A stretch of DNA of 64,000 bases, taken from the IMG/VR virus record IMGVR_UViG_3300024348_000004, one strand, 5' to 3'. Shown here in pieces: positions 47,112-58,237 of this stretch. A program made the position numbers and the translations under genes. Origin of the DNA: a virus. The first letter of the stretch is position 1. Every line of letters begins with the position of its first letter. The notes under the pieces were generated by a model. The model did not search any database. It was not told where the DNA came from and saw nothing but the letters and a program-made list of their open reading frames with translations.

Positions 47112-50100
47112 ATGCCAGAAAAGACAGATTTAAATATATCTCCGTATTATGACGATTACTCAGAAGATAAAAAGTATAGTAAAATACTTTATCGAGCTGG
47201 GCGTCCTCTACAAGCAAGAGAACTAACACAATCCCAATCCATTCTTCAAGGACAGATTGAGAGATTTGGTTCTCATATCTTTGAAGAAGGTTCATTAGTA
47301 ACAGGTGCGGAATCTGATATTGATATGGATGTCTTTTATGTGAAGGTTAAATCTGCTAATCCTAATGCTGGCGGTGAAACATCGGTTGAATCGTACAGAA
47401 CTGCATTTCATGGTAAATATGTTCAAGGTAAAAGTTCAGGTGTTGTTGCAAAGGTAACAAACTCTACAGCAGAAACTACAGACGACCCTGTAACACTATT
47501 CCTTCATTTCCATTCACAGGGTACAGATGTTTATAACTCACCTGTATTCTATCAAAATGAGGTACTACAGGAAGTATCGATTTCTGAAGATGGTACGATT
47601 AACGTTGTTAGTGGTAATAATAATCAGTTTACAATAAAAGCAACTACAGACGACCCGATAGGTAGGGCATCTCTTGCTAGTATTTCAGAAGGTATTGTTT
47701 TTATTAGAGGATTCTTCTGTTTAGTAGATAAACAACAAATTGTTCTAGAGAAATATTCTGCTGCTCCGAGTTATAGAGTAGGTCTAAACATAACAGAAAC
47801 AATTATAGATAGTGCAACAGACACTACACTATTGGACAACTCACAAGGTACATCAAACGAGAATGCTGCTGGTGCAGACAGACTTAAGATGGAACTTGTC
47901 CTCTCCAAATTTAAATTAGACACAACAGATGATGCTGACTTTATTGAACTTGTAAGAGTTAATGGTGGTATCATCGAAAGTAAAATCACTAGACCGCAGT
48001 ATGGTCAGATTGAACAAACATTAGCACGAAGAACATTTGATGCTAACGGTGATTTTGTTGTCAATCAATTTACACATAGTCTTAGAGAACATTTAAACAA
48101 CACAACAAACAACGGTTTTTATACTGAACAATATGGTGGTGATGCAGACAGATTTGTTATGCAAATATCGCCAGGTAAAGCGTATGTCAAAGGTTTTGAG
48201 ATTGATAAAATTGGTACAACATCTCTAAACTTTGCAAAAGCGAGGTCAACAGTCACACTTGCTGGTTCTAATACACCAGTCAGATTAGGTAATATTTTAA
48301 GAGTCACAAATGCACATGGATTGCCAGAATTTGGTAATGAAGGCACAAATGCAAGTCAAGAAAGATATGGTGATATGGACTTGTATGATACTGTACAGAA
48401 TTCATCAAACGTTAATGCTGGTTCCCCAAGTTTTGCTGGAAAGCATATTGGTAAAGCACGTATTAGAAATGTAGACTTACATAGTGGTGTCGATGATTCA
48501 AGTGGCGAATACAACCAATCTTCTCAATGGAACATATATTTATTTGATATCAAAATGTATACTGAAGTTAAAGCAAATACATTTACTGGTACATTTACTG
48601 AAGGTGACCAAATAGTATCTACAAACTCAGCAGGTCAAATTGTTGGTACAGGTATTGTTGCATACAACACAAGTAACACAACTGTGTATATTCACGATGT
48701 TACTGGTGGGTTCTATACTGGTGATACTATATCCACTAAAGGTAAGACAAGTGCAACAGGAACAATCACAGAGACAAGAACCTATAACGTAGACCGTACT
48801 CGTGGGGTTACACAAGCTTCAAAAGATAATACTTTACAAACATTCGTTGGTGATGCTGTTGCAGATGCCGACAATACTTTATCGGGTTCTATTTCATTAT
48901 CGACAGGCGGCGCACTAACAGGATTTGGTTCAAGATTCGCAACCGAACTTAAAGAAGGTGACATCATCATTGACGGTACTGGTAACCAAAGAGTTATTGA
49001 AACTGTTACAGATGCTAACAATGCCCAATGTACCGCCACCTCTGGCGTATCTCCAATCTCAAACGGTAGTGTAACAAGACGTAGAGTTAGAATTCATAAA
49101 CAAGACCAAACTGCAGCTATTTACGCATGGCCTAGAGATTGGGTTGCTGAACATACTGGTAAGAATGTTAAAGTAAGAAGACAACACATAGTAACAATAA
49201 ACAGTGGTGCATTCACTATTAGTGCTGGTTCACAAGCAACCTTCGAAGCAAGAAATACAGATAACTTCTCAATCGCAGTAGTAAAAGCATCTACAGATAG
49301 TAGCGCATTCGATGCTGGTGATTTACTAGACATCGAAAACCTAAGTCCAAATGTGACTGGTAATCAGTTAACATGTACACTAGCAAACAATAGTGGTGCG
49401 ATTCTTAAAGTTACATCTACAGTATTGTTGACTTCGCCAAATTCTCGTTCCAAAACACTAAACAAATCAAGATTGCTTAAAGTCACTCAACCTAGAAGTG
49501 CTAATGGTTTTTATGGAACTGCATATGATGATAAAGAAATTACACTAGGTGTTGCTGACGTTCATAAGATTCATGCAATATACGAAGGTGGAACTACACC
49601 AGTTATGCCGAATGCGAGTTTTGCCACAGTTACTGGAACATTTACACAATACGAAACTTTGGTTGGACAGACATCAAATGCACGTGCAATATTAGTATAC
49701 TATGCTGGTAGTGGTGCTATATCTCATTACAGAATGGTTAGTGGTTCATTTGTTGAGAGTGAAGTAATTGTTGGCGCATCATCAGGTGCATCTGTTACTA
49801 TATCAAACGTACATCAAGGTTCAGAAGATATTAAGAGTAGATACTTCTTTGACAATGGTCAAAGAGATGGGTACTATGACCTTGGAAAACTAACAAGAAA
49901 AACTGGAGAACCTGCTCCTAACGGCCCACTACTTATTTGTTTCGATTATTTTTCTGCTGGTGCTGGAGAATATTTTGATGTTGAATCATATAGGTCAATC
50001 GACTATGATGACATACCAGTATATTCCCCCAATAGAATAGACTTAGGTGGTTTAGAACCCGATGGAACATTCGAACTCTCAGATTGTATTGACTTTAGAC

Positions 50101-53100
50101 CAGTTGCTGGACAGATTCTTGGAACTTCTAATTTTAAAATAAACAATGCATCTACTCCAACCAACGCAATTGATTTATCAAATAATACAACTGGTGCTGT
50201 ATTTGCTCCGTTTGGTTATGATACAGGTAGAAACTTTGGTGACTCAAGAGATGGCATTACGCAAACACATGCAATCACAACTGATTCCCCAGTTCCAGGC
50301 TCAAGTGTAACTGGTGACATAAAATTCTATGTAGGTAGAATCGATAAAGTATATCTACACAAATCAGGCACATTCCAAACTGCAGTAGGGATACCTTCAC
50401 TATCACCAACTAAACCAAAAGGTATAGATGATGCTATTGAGTTATTCGAACTAGAGATTCCTGCTTATACTGCTAGTTTAAAAAATGTTAGAGTAAGGTC
50501 ACACGACCATCGTAGATATACGATGAAAGACATCGGTAGGATTAATAGCCGTGTGACTAACTTAGAAAGAATTACATCTCTTTCTCTATTAGAAAAAGAC
50601 ACACAAACAAAACAGATACTAGATTCCGATGGTTTCGATAGATTTAAATCAGGATTTTTAGTAGATAACTTTAAAGGACACAGAGTTGGAGATGTTAACC
50701 ATCCCGACTATAACGTTGCTATTGACACTGAACTTGGTGCTATGAGACCTAAGAACTTTTCACAGTTCTTTGATATATCTTTAAACACTGCTCTTTCTTC
50801 AGATTATCAGAAGACAGGGGATTTAATTACCTTACCATACACAAATGTCAATTTAGCACAAAATGATAAGGCCTCTAGACATATCAATGTCAACCCATAT
50901 CACGTATTCAGTTTCTTTGGTAATGTCAAGTTAACACCCGAAACAGATATATGGCAAGACAGAGACCAATTGCCAGAAGTAAGAATTAATAGAGAAGGTA
51001 ACTTCGATGCACTTGTGTCTGAAAATAAAAATGCTATGGGAACCGTTTGGAACGAATGGCAGACTACATGGGCGGGTAAACCCGAAACTGTTGCTACTGA
51101 AGTACAAGCAACTTCAAATGGTTCTTGGAATGGAGACCCAACACAACATGGTAGATGGACTTCAGGATTTCAGGTAACAAGAGAGATTACAGAGACTGTA
51201 GAAACACAAACAAGAACTGGTGTATCAACAAGTGTTGTTGAAGACTTTGTAGAAACAAGAAATGACAGAGTTGTAAGTGTAACACTTATACCATTCATGC
51301 GTGCTAGAACTATTGCGATACATTGTACAAACTTAAAACCAAATACATTCCATTATTTCTTCTTTGATAACGAAAGAATAGATGGTTTCGTATCACCTAG
51401 TACTGCTGTATACTCACATAATGGTTCTGTTTCAGTTGCATCAATTCCAAAGACAGATAAGAATGGTGAACTGAAGGCGAACTTCTTTTTGCCTGGCGGT
51501 AAATTCCCTACTGGTCAAAGAGAATTAAGAGTTACTTCAAGTTACAATAATATATCATCACCTAATTCACACGGTAGTGGTATGTATCAGGCTCAGGGTC
51601 ATTTAACATCGACTCAAACTGAAATTACATCTACAAGAAATGGTAGAGTTATTCGTGAAAGAACAGCTGGTGAAAGACAGATTACAAAACCTGGCGAAAG
51701 GACGAATGTCTTGCCTTGGGATACTGTTGCACCACCAGTACCTATTCCCGAAATACCACCTATTAGAGAAGTTTACATTGAACTTCCACCACAAATTTTA
51801 ATAGAAGAAGTTATTATTGAAAGAATCGTGGAGATTGAAGTTCCTGTTATATCAGTAATTCAATCACCGCCTGTTTTCATTCCATTGCCGAATGATACAA
51901 CTCCGCCACCTGTTTTGGTTCCACCTGTTCCAATAATACCGCCAGAACCAGTTTTGGAACAGTTCGATGGTTGGCGAGATTTCACAGGTCGATTTACACA
52001 ACCTCAATTCCCCGAAATGGAAAGAGGATGGGGTGACCCACTTGCTCAATCGTTCCTAGTAGAACAATCAGGTGGTACCTTTGCAACTGGAATTGATGTA
52101 TTCTTCCAGTCTAAAGATACACATATCCCAGTTTCTGTTGAAATTAGAAACATGGTTAATGGTTATCCTGGCCAAATAGTATTGCCTTTCTCAGTGGTAA
52201 CATTGAACCCATCTGCTGTGACCACATCACAAGATGGAAGCAAGGCGACATCATTTACTTTTGAGTCACCAGTATACCTTCAACAAGATGTTGAGTATTG
52301 TTTCGTAGTTTACTCTAACTCAAATGAGTATGAGGCTTTCATATCTAGAATGGGCGAAAAAGATATTGCAACAGGTCAGACAATTGCTGGACAACCATAT
52401 GCTGGTTCATTGTTCTTATCACAGAACGCATCAACATGGACTGCTACACAGGAAGATGACCTCAAGTTTACAATCAGAAGGGCTGTATTTAATCAATCAA
52501 AAACACCAAAATTGGTATTTGAAAATGATGCATTACCAACTACAAAACTACAATCGAACCCGATTGAAACATACATTGGTAAAAACTATGTGAAGGTATA
52601 TAACTACTCACATGGTATGTATAAGTCAGATTCAAATGTTATTCTAAGTGGATTAACAGGTAATGCATTAAATGGTGCATTACGAATTGCAACACCTAGT
52701 TTATCGGGAACACCAAGTGCTGGTACATATACTGTACAACAAACAAGTACAACTGGTAGTGGTACTGGTTGTTCTGTAGAAATTGTAGTTGTAAATAATA
52801 ACATCACTAGTTCTACTATTACGAACCCAGGCCAAGGACATGTTGTTGGTAACACTTTAACATTTACAAACTTTGATGGTGGAACAGCGTCTTGTACAAT
52901 AGTTATCGATGCGGTTGGTGATACTCTAGGTGGGTTCCCACTCGAAGAGTTGAATAAAACTCTTGGATATAGTACTATTAGTAATATAGAAATCGATGCA
53001 TTCACAATAGTACCCGACCTATCATCATATGATTTAAAAGCAAGTTATGGTGCCTTGGAATCTACAGTAGGTGGTGGAGCAAATTCTTTTGCAACAAGAA

Positions 53101-53876
53101 ACTACTATTACGATTCTATACACACAATGATTCCGAATGTTATTCCGCCATTGACAAGAGTTTTGGCTGCAGTAACTAGAACACCTATGGATACGCCTGA
53201 AGGTTACAACCAAGGTGGGAACGCATATGATAAGAACTCAACACAAGATTTCATTACACTAAATGATAACGCATACTTTGGAACATCAAGTGTTGTTGCA
53301 TCGCCAATCAATGAACAAAATGAAATGGCAAGTACGAAATCCTTTACGTGTACGTTGCAACTACAATCAGCAACACCTAATATATCACCAGTCATAGACG
53401 TGGGTACAATTGGTGCTATTGCGATATTGAATAGAATTAACAAAATTGATACTTCTGCAGACGTGCCTGGAGAGCCTGGAAGTCCTGTTACTAATTACAT
53501 CCCGTCAACAGACCCCGATGGTGATAACAACGCAATGGTTTATATCACTAGAAAAGTCAATCTAAAAACTCCTGCTACATCTCTAAGAGTTGTTGCAGAT
53601 GTATTTAAACCCGAAACTACTGGTGTTGAAGTACTATATAAGGTGTTGAAAAATGATGACTCAACACCGTTTGATGATTTGGGGTGGACATACTTTAATG
53701 GTGATGGTTCGCCAAACACTGTAGTAGAATCGGATGCTAGAAACTTTAAAGAAAACGAATGGTCAGTCGAAGACTTGCCAGAGTTCAGTGCTTTCTCAGT
53801 TAAGATTGTAGGTAAGGGAACAAACACTTCAGTAATTCCTATGGTATCTGCTCTTAGATGTTTAGGACTTGCATAG
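47112..53876 (+). CDS. Large virion structural protein (VrlC/DUF4815-like)
   Basis: 'SPYYDDY', 'QARELTQSQS', 'RFKSGFLVDNF', 'DPLAQSF', 'QNASTWT'. Confidence 0.8.
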   Translation: MPEKTDLNISPYYDDYSEDKKYSKILYRAGRPLQARELTQSQSILQGQIERFGSHIFEEGSLVTGAESDIDMDVFYVKVKSANPNAGGETSVESYRTAFHGKYVQGKSSGVVAKVTNSTAETTDDPVTLFLHFHSQGTDVYNSPVFYQNEVLQEVSISEDGTINVVSGNNNQFTIKATTDDPIGRASLASISEGIVFIRGFFCLVDKQQIVLEKYSAAPSYRVGLNITETIIDSATDTTLLDNSQGTSNENAAGADRLKMELVLSKFKLDTTDDADFIELVRVNGGIIESKITRPQYGQIEQTLARRTFDANGDFVVNQFTHSLREHLNNTTNNGFYTEQYGGDADRFVMQISPGKAYVKGFEIDKIGTTSLNFAKARSTVTLAGSNTPVRLGNILRVTNAHGLPEFGNEGTNASQERYGDMDLYDTVQNSSNVNAGSPSFAGKHIGKARIRNVDLHSGVDDSSGEYNQSSQWNIYLFDIKMYTEVKANTFTGTFTEGDQIVSTNSAGQIVGTGIVAYNTSNTTVYIHDVTGGFYTGDTISTKGKTSATGTITETRTYNVDRTRGVTQASKDNTLQTFVGDAVADADNTLSGSISLSTGGALTGFGSRFATELKEGDIIIDGTGNQRVIETVTDANNAQCTATSGVSPISNGSVTRRRVRIHKQDQTAAIYAWPRDWVAEHTGKNVKVRRQHIVTINSGAFTISAGSQATFEARNTDNFSIAVVKASTDSSAFDAGDLLDIENLSPNVTGNQLTCTLANNSGAILKVTSTVLLTSPNSRSKTLNKSRLLKVTQPRSANGFYGTAYDDKEITLGVADVHKIHAIYEGGTTPVMPNASFATVTGTFTQYETLVGQTSNARAILVYYAGSGAISHYRMVSGSFVESEVIVGASSGASVTISNVHQGSEDIKSRYFFDNGQRDGYYDLGKLTRKTGEPAPNGPLLICFDYFSAGAGEYFDVESYRSIDYDDIPVYSPNRIDLGGLEPDGTFELSDCIDFRPVAGQILGTSNFKINNASTPTNAIDLSNNTTGAVFAPFGYDTGRNFGDSRDGITQTHAITTDSPVPGSSVTGDIKFYVGRIDKVYLHKSGTFQTAVGIPSLSPTKPKGIDDAIELFELEIPAYTASLKNVRVRSHDHRRYTMKDIGRINSRVTNLERITSLSLLEKDTQTKQILDSDGFDRFKSGFLVDNFKGHRVGDVNHPDYNVAIDTELGAMRPKNFSQFFDISLNTALSSDYQKTGDLITLPYTNVNLAQNDKASRHINVNPYHVFSFFGNVKLTPETDIWQDRDQLPEVRINREGNFDALVSENKNAMGTVWNEWQTTWAGKPETVATEVQATSNGSWNGDPTQHGRWTSGFQVTREITETVETQTRTGVSTSVVEDFVETRNDRVVSVTLIPFMRARTIAIHCTNLKPNTFHYFFFDNERIDGFVSPSTAVYSHNGSVSVASIPKTDKNGELKANFFLPGGKFPTGQRELRVTSSYNNISSPNSHGSGMYQAQGHLTSTQTEITSTRNGRVIRERTAGERQITKPGERTNVLPWDTVAPPVPIPEIPPIREVYIELPPQILIEEVIIERIVEIEVPVISVIQSPPVFIPLPNDTTPPPVLVPPVPIIPPEPVLEQFDGWRDFTGRFTQPQFPEMERGWGDPLAQSFLVEQSGGTFATGIDVFFQSKDTHIPVSVEIRNMVNGYPGQIVLPFSVVTLNPSAVTTSQDGSKATSFTFESPVYLQQDVEYCFVVYSNSNEYEAFISRMGEKDIATGQTIAGQPYAGSLFLSQNASTWTATQEDDLKFTIRRAVFNQSKTPKLVFENDALPTTKLQSNPIETYIGKNYVKVYNYSHGMYKSDSNVILSGLTGNALNGALRIATPSLSGTPSAGTYTVQQTSTTGSGTGCSVEIVVVNNNITSSTITNPGQGHVVGNTLTFTNFDGGTASCTIVIDAVGDTLGGFPLEELNKTLGYSTISNIEIDAFTIVPDLSSYDLKASYGALESTVGGGANSFATRNYYYDSIHTMIPNVIPPLTRVLAAVTRTPMDTPEGYNQGGNAYDKNSTQDFITLNDNAYFGTSSVVASPINEQNEMASTKSFTCTLQLQSATPNISPVIDVGTIGAIAILNRINKIDTSADVPGEPGSPVTNYIPSTDPDGDNNAMVYITRKVNLKTPATSLRVVADVFKPETTGVEVLYKVLKNDDSTPFDDLGWTYFNGDGSPNTVVESDARNFKENEWSVEDLPEFSAFSVKIVGKGTNTSVIPMVSALRCLGLA

Positions 53877-54088
53877 TGACTGAATATTGGAAAGTAGAAG
53901 GTCATTCATCATTAGCAAGAGATTCGGAATCTACTGCTGTGGTGAATACTGATATTAATGCTTATAGGGCGCAAAAACTTAGGAAAGAAACCTTCAAAAG
54001 ACAAGTAGAAGAGATAAATAATTTAAAGAAAGATGTTTCAGATATTAAAACATTATTAACACAACTGGTAGATAAAATTCATGGCTAA
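53876..54088 (+). CDS. Small coiled-coil conserved protein
   Basis: GTG start; 'KVEGHSSLARD..S.AVVN', 'EINNLKKDVSDIK'. Confidence 0.65.
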   Translation: MTEYWKVEGHSSLARDSESTAVVNTDINAYRAQKLRKETFKRQVEEINNLKKDVSDIKTLLTQLVDKIHG

Positions 54089-56624
54089 ACAAGTAGACCA
54101 ATACAGTACTATAGAAACATTCAGACAAGTCTTCAATGAAGTATCTTCGGATATGGGAGACACAAGTGGTCTGAGAACAGAGAGTCAAGAAACTCTTGTT
54201 GATGCAGTTAATAGTATTGAAGATAAAGCATTCTTTTTCCAAGAATATCGCTTCGTTGCAACAGCAGGTCAAACCACGTTTAGTGGTAATGATGTTGCAA
54301 ATCACGAGTTAGAATTTAAAGCTAATAGAGTTCAAGTGTATGTCAATGGTATACAAAAGAACTTTTCTAGTGAATATTCTATCAGTGGATTTGGTATACT
54401 TAACGCAACTACTTACAATTCAATTCAGTTACAGTCTGCTGCTTCAGTCGGCGATGAAGTAACCATCTTCTCATTCACAGGTTCATACTTAGGAACAGAT
54501 GCCGCTGGTTCAACAACAGGTTTTTGGTCTACTACTGCTACAGGTGATATCTATAATAATAACTCAAAAGGTGTTATCATTAACGGTGAGGTTGACCCTA
54601 GGGTAACCTCTCGTGAAAGTTCTGATATCAAAATTCAGTTAGAAGGTAAAACAAAAATCAATGGTGATGTAACCGTCCATACTGGAGGTACATTAACATC
54701 TCCAACACTTACAGATGGTAGTGGTGCTACAATTACTGGTGGTGATTACGCTGGTATTGATGCAACACTTACTGGAGACTTGAGTGTCGGCGATGCTGGT
54801 ACGTTTGGTGGTACACTTGGTGTCACAGGTAATACAACAGTTGGAGGCACATTTGGTGTTCAAGGTGCTTCAACATTATCTAGTTCATTAGATGTAACTG
54901 GTATAACAAATTTAAACAGCACGACAGAATCTTCAAGTACTTCAACAGGTGCTTTGATTGTTGATGGTGGTGTTGGAATCAAAAAGAAATTATTTGTCGG
55001 TGGGAATGTCGACTTTGCTGCTAATCTACAAGTAGATGGTAACTCAACATTAAGTGGAAGTGTTAACATTGATGGTGCTACAGATATCGATTCAACACTA
55101 GACGTTCTTAATAACACAACATTACGAGCAGATTTAGGTGTTACTGGTAATACATCAATGACAGGAACGTTGGACGTTGATGGTGCTACAACATTAGACG
55201 GAACAAGAATCGATGGTGATTTAGACCTTAACGGTAGTGCAGACATCTCTACTAACGCATTAATAGGCGGAACTTTAGGAGTTACAGGTGCTACAACATT
55301 ATCAAGTACACTAGATGTAACTGGTACTACTAACTTTAATAGCACTACTCAGTCTTCAAGTACTACTACAGGTGCAGTTAGAATTGATGGCGGTCTTGGA
55401 ATTGCAAAGAATACTCATGTTGGCGGAACACTTGGAGTTACAGGAAATACTTCTCTTGGCGGAACACTTGGAGTTACAGGAAATACTTCTGTTGGCGGAA
55501 CGCTTGGAGTTACAGGACTTACATCTTTAAGTGATGCATCTTTGAGTGGTACACTAGACGTAACTGGTCAAACAAATTTAAATAATACTGCACAATCAAC
55601 ATCTTTGTCAAGTGGTGCTTTGATTGTTGATGGTGGTGTTGCAATCGCAAAGAATTTAAATGTCGGTGGTAACATTACTGCTACTGGAAATATTACTGCA
55701 AACGGTAATATAACATTCGGTGATGCAGATACAGACAATATTGTTTTTAATGCTGATGTCGATTCAGGTATCATGCCAGATGACCATGAGACTTATGATT
55801 TAGGTGCTGTTGGTAAGACATGGAGGAAAATCTACGCAAAAGATTTTTATGGTGAATTGACTGGAAATGCATCTACTGCTACTGCACTTGAGACCGCAAG
55901 AACACTTGGTGGTGTATCATTTGATGGTACTGCAAATATTAACTTGCCAGGCGTAAACGCTAGTGGTAATCAAGACACAAGTGGTAATGCCGCCAGTGCT
56001 ACAATATTAGAAACTGCAAGAACTATTGGTGGAGTGTCATTTGATGGTTCTGCTGCTATTAATTTACCTGGCGTAAACACTAGTGGTAATCAAGATACAA
56101 GTGGTAATGCTGGAACAGCAACTACACTTGCCACTGCAAGAAGTATTTCAGGTCAATCATTCGATGGTTCAAGTAATATTACACTTAAAACTTCAGGCAT
56201 AACTGAAGAGACTAATCTGTACTTTACGAACGCTAGAGCAGATGCTAGAGCAGACACAAGAATTGGTGCTGCTGATATAGAAGACCTAAATAATGTTAGT
56301 AGTGGTGCAAGTAGTGGTCAGGTACTAGTGTGGAGTGGTTCTGCTTGGGCGCCAGGCGACCAAAGTACAAGTACAAGTTCTGTAGGTGAGGATGCTAACT
56401 TTGTATATTTCACAGACAATAGAGTTGCAGACACATTAAAGGTCTCAAACGGAACACCTACATATAATAATGGTATCAAATTATCATATAACGATAACGC
56501 AGACGGTGGTGACAACACTACTACCGATGGGAGAATAGATTTGGCATTAGATTATGAAATAACAAGTAGCGCACCTACAGCAGTCGGAAGTACTAGTAGT
56601 GGTCATCTATGGTTTGTGATATGA
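54081..56624 (+). CDS. Tail fibre protein
   Basis: G/T-rich 'GGTLGVTG' and 'GALIVDGGVGI' repeats, 'TARTIGGVSFDG' repeats, C-terminal 'GHLWFVI'. Confidence 0.8.
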   Translation: MAKQVDQYSTIETFRQVFNEVSSDMGDTSGLRTESQETLVDAVNSIEDKAFFFQEYRFVATAGQTTFSGNDVANHELEFKANRVQVYVNGIQKNFSSEYSISGFGILNATTYNSIQLQSAASVGDEVTIFSFTGSYLGTDAAGSTTGFWSTTATGDIYNNNSKGVIINGEVDPRVTSRESSDIKIQLEGKTKINGDVTVHTGGTLTSPTLTDGSGATITGGDYAGIDATLTGDLSVGDAGTFGGTLGVTGNTTVGGTFGVQGASTLSSSLDVTGITNLNSTTESSSTSTGALIVDGGVGIKKKLFVGGNVDFAANLQVDGNSTLSGSVNIDGATDIDSTLDVLNNTTLRADLGVTGNTSMTGTLDVDGATTLDGTRIDGDLDLNGSADISTNALIGGTLGVTGATTLSSTLDVTGTTNFNSTTQSSSTTTGAVRIDGGLGIAKNTHVGGTLGVTGNTSLGGTLGVTGNTSVGGTLGVTGLTSLSDASLSGTLDVTGQTNLNNTAQSTSLSSGALIVDGGVAIAKNLNVGGNITATGNITANGNITFGDADTDNIVFNADVDSGIMPDDHETYDLGAVGKTWRKIYAKDFYGELTGNASTATALETARTLGGVSFDGTANINLPGVNASGNQDTSGNAASATILETARTIGGVSFDGSAAINLPGVNTSGNQDTSGNAGTATTLATARSISGQSFDGSSNITLKTSGITEETNLYFTNARADARADTRIGAADIEDLNNVSSGASSGQVLVWSGSAWAPGDQSTSTSSVGEDANFVYFTDNRVADTLKVSNGTPTYNNGIKLSYNDNADGGDNTTTDGRIDLALDYEITSSAPTAVGSTSSGHLWFVI
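55420..55517 (+). repeat. 36-bp tandem repeat (~2.7 copies) in fibre gene
   Basis: TTGGCGGAACACTTGGAGTTACAGGAAATACTTCT unit, near-identical copies. Confidence 0.85.
55863..56180 (+). repeat. 120-bp (40-aa) tandem repeat (~2.6 copies) in fibre gene
   Basis: GNA..AT.LETART.GGVSFDG.A.INLPGVN.SGNQDTS. Confidence 0.8.
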
Positions 56625-56625
56625 T

Positions 56626-58236
56626 ATGGCAGATGAAATTTATATAAACATTGGCTCTACGATACAACAACCGTATCAAGGACAAGCTATTGCAACTGGT
56701 ACATCACCAGTCATAAGACAACGTATAGCTCGACAACCTGCCAATCAACAAGTACCCTTTACGTATCAGAATAGGAGTCCATTCACCTATGCTAGACAGG
56801 GACGAACGCCAGCACCATATCAGCATCAAGTTCCTGCTACATATGTTGGACAAGGTAGACAACCCTCTACCTATGTAAATCAGCAACCTAGTACGTATAG
56901 AAGTCCTGTTGATGCAAGACAACCATATATTGCTAATGCAAGACAACCGAGTACATATCAAAATCAGATTCAAACACCGTATATTGCTAATGCAAGACAA
57001 CCTAGTATCTATAACCTACAGGGTAATATTCCGTATCAGAATCCTGTTATTGCACAACAACCTTATCAAAACCAAGTAAATAAACAGATACCGTTTACGT
57101 ATACCAATCAAACAACGTATCAGTATACTGCTAATGCTCAGCAACCGTATCCATACATTGCTAATGGACAATATGTAGCACAAACACAGCAACCTTATAC
57201 ATATCCGTACATTGCGAATAGACAAAACACTGCTCAACAACCAGCGTCTTACAGACATCCTGTAATTGCAAATAGACAAACTACGATTGATAATGCTAAT
57301 CCTTCAATTGCAAATAGACAAACAGCGGTAGATGCTACATATCAAGTTATTGCACAACAACCAGCAATACAAGAATACACATATCAAGCAAACGCTCAGG
57401 CGAGTGTACAAGCGCAATCACCTTATATTGCTCAGATACAAGGTAGTTATGGGTTTAGACAACCAGCAACATATCAGTTCACTACACAATCAATTGCTCA
57501 AAGACCAGTGATATATACAGCGACTGGTAATTACCAAGCAAGTTATCAAACCTCGATACAACAACCTTACATATATCAGCAACCAAATCAAGTACCTGCT
57601 ACAGGACAAAACCAATTAGCGGTCGCTTATACGTATCCCGACCCTATAGTTGGAGAATATTTCCATGGTACAGGAAATCACCAACAGTATAGTTATGGTG
57701 GTTTGGTTGGAACAGACGAATTTGCTGCCATGGGCAGCAGACTTGGGTCATACTATACTCCAGCAGGTGTTGATGGTAATACTAACAGTGGTTCCCCTCA
57801 ATCTGGCGCAACAGGTGCTTACTTACCCCCATTCAGTGGGGTACCCGCCCAAGTTTTAGCGGGTCAAGGAACACAAGGCGTACCAACATCTTGGAAGACA
57901 ACTCAAAGAATGGGTGGACAAATGACTTGGACTGGGTTGTACTCACATGACCCAGCTGTGAATAATCATATACAATTAAAACCAAGTCAACCTATGAGAT
58001 TAAATGCTACTGGTCAGTGGAGTAGGATAGAATATGCTTACTGGAGTTATCAGAGTAATACTTGGAATCACATTAGTGGAATACCAGTGATATATATGCA
58101 AGCGGTCAATACAGGGTCTCCAACTGGCGGAATATATAATATTCAAGGGGTGAACTGGATTGTTGGTGGAGGACTACCATCAGCTCATCAGGGTTACACA
58201 GTGACTGCTGCCCCTAAACGATTGAGGTTCTATTAA
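56626..58236 (+). CDS. Q/P/Y/T-rich fibre chain A with C-terminal globular tip domain
   Basis: Residues ~16-340 repetitive with all Pro at even positions; ~195-aa non-repetitive G/W/Y-rich C-terminus. Confidence 0.75.
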   Translation: MADEIYINIGSTIQQPYQGQAIATGTSPVIRQRIARQPANQQVPFTYQNRSPFTYARQGRTPAPYQHQVPATYVGQGRQPSTYVNQQPSTYRSPVDARQPYIANARQPSTYQNQIQTPYIANARQPSIYNLQGNIPYQNPVIAQQPYQNQVNKQIPFTYTNQTTYQYTANAQQPYPYIANGQYVAQTQQPYTYPYIANRQNTAQQPASYRHPVIANRQTTIDNANPSIANRQTAVDATYQVIAQQPAIQEYTYQANAQASVQAQSPYIAQIQGSYGFRQPATYQFTTQSIAQRPVIYTATGNYQASYQTSIQQPYIYQQPNQVPATGQNQLAVAYTYPDPIVGEYFHGTGNHQQYSYGGLVGTDEFAAMGSRLGSYYTPAGVDGNTNSGSPQSGATGAYLPPFSGVPAQVLAGQGTQGVPTSWKTTQRMGGQMTWTGLYSHDPAVNNHIQLKPSQPMRLNATGQWSRIEYAYWSYQSNTWNHISGIPVIYMQAVNTGSPTGGIYNIQGVNWIVGGGLPSAHQGYTVTAAPKRLRFY

Positions 58237-58237
58237 G

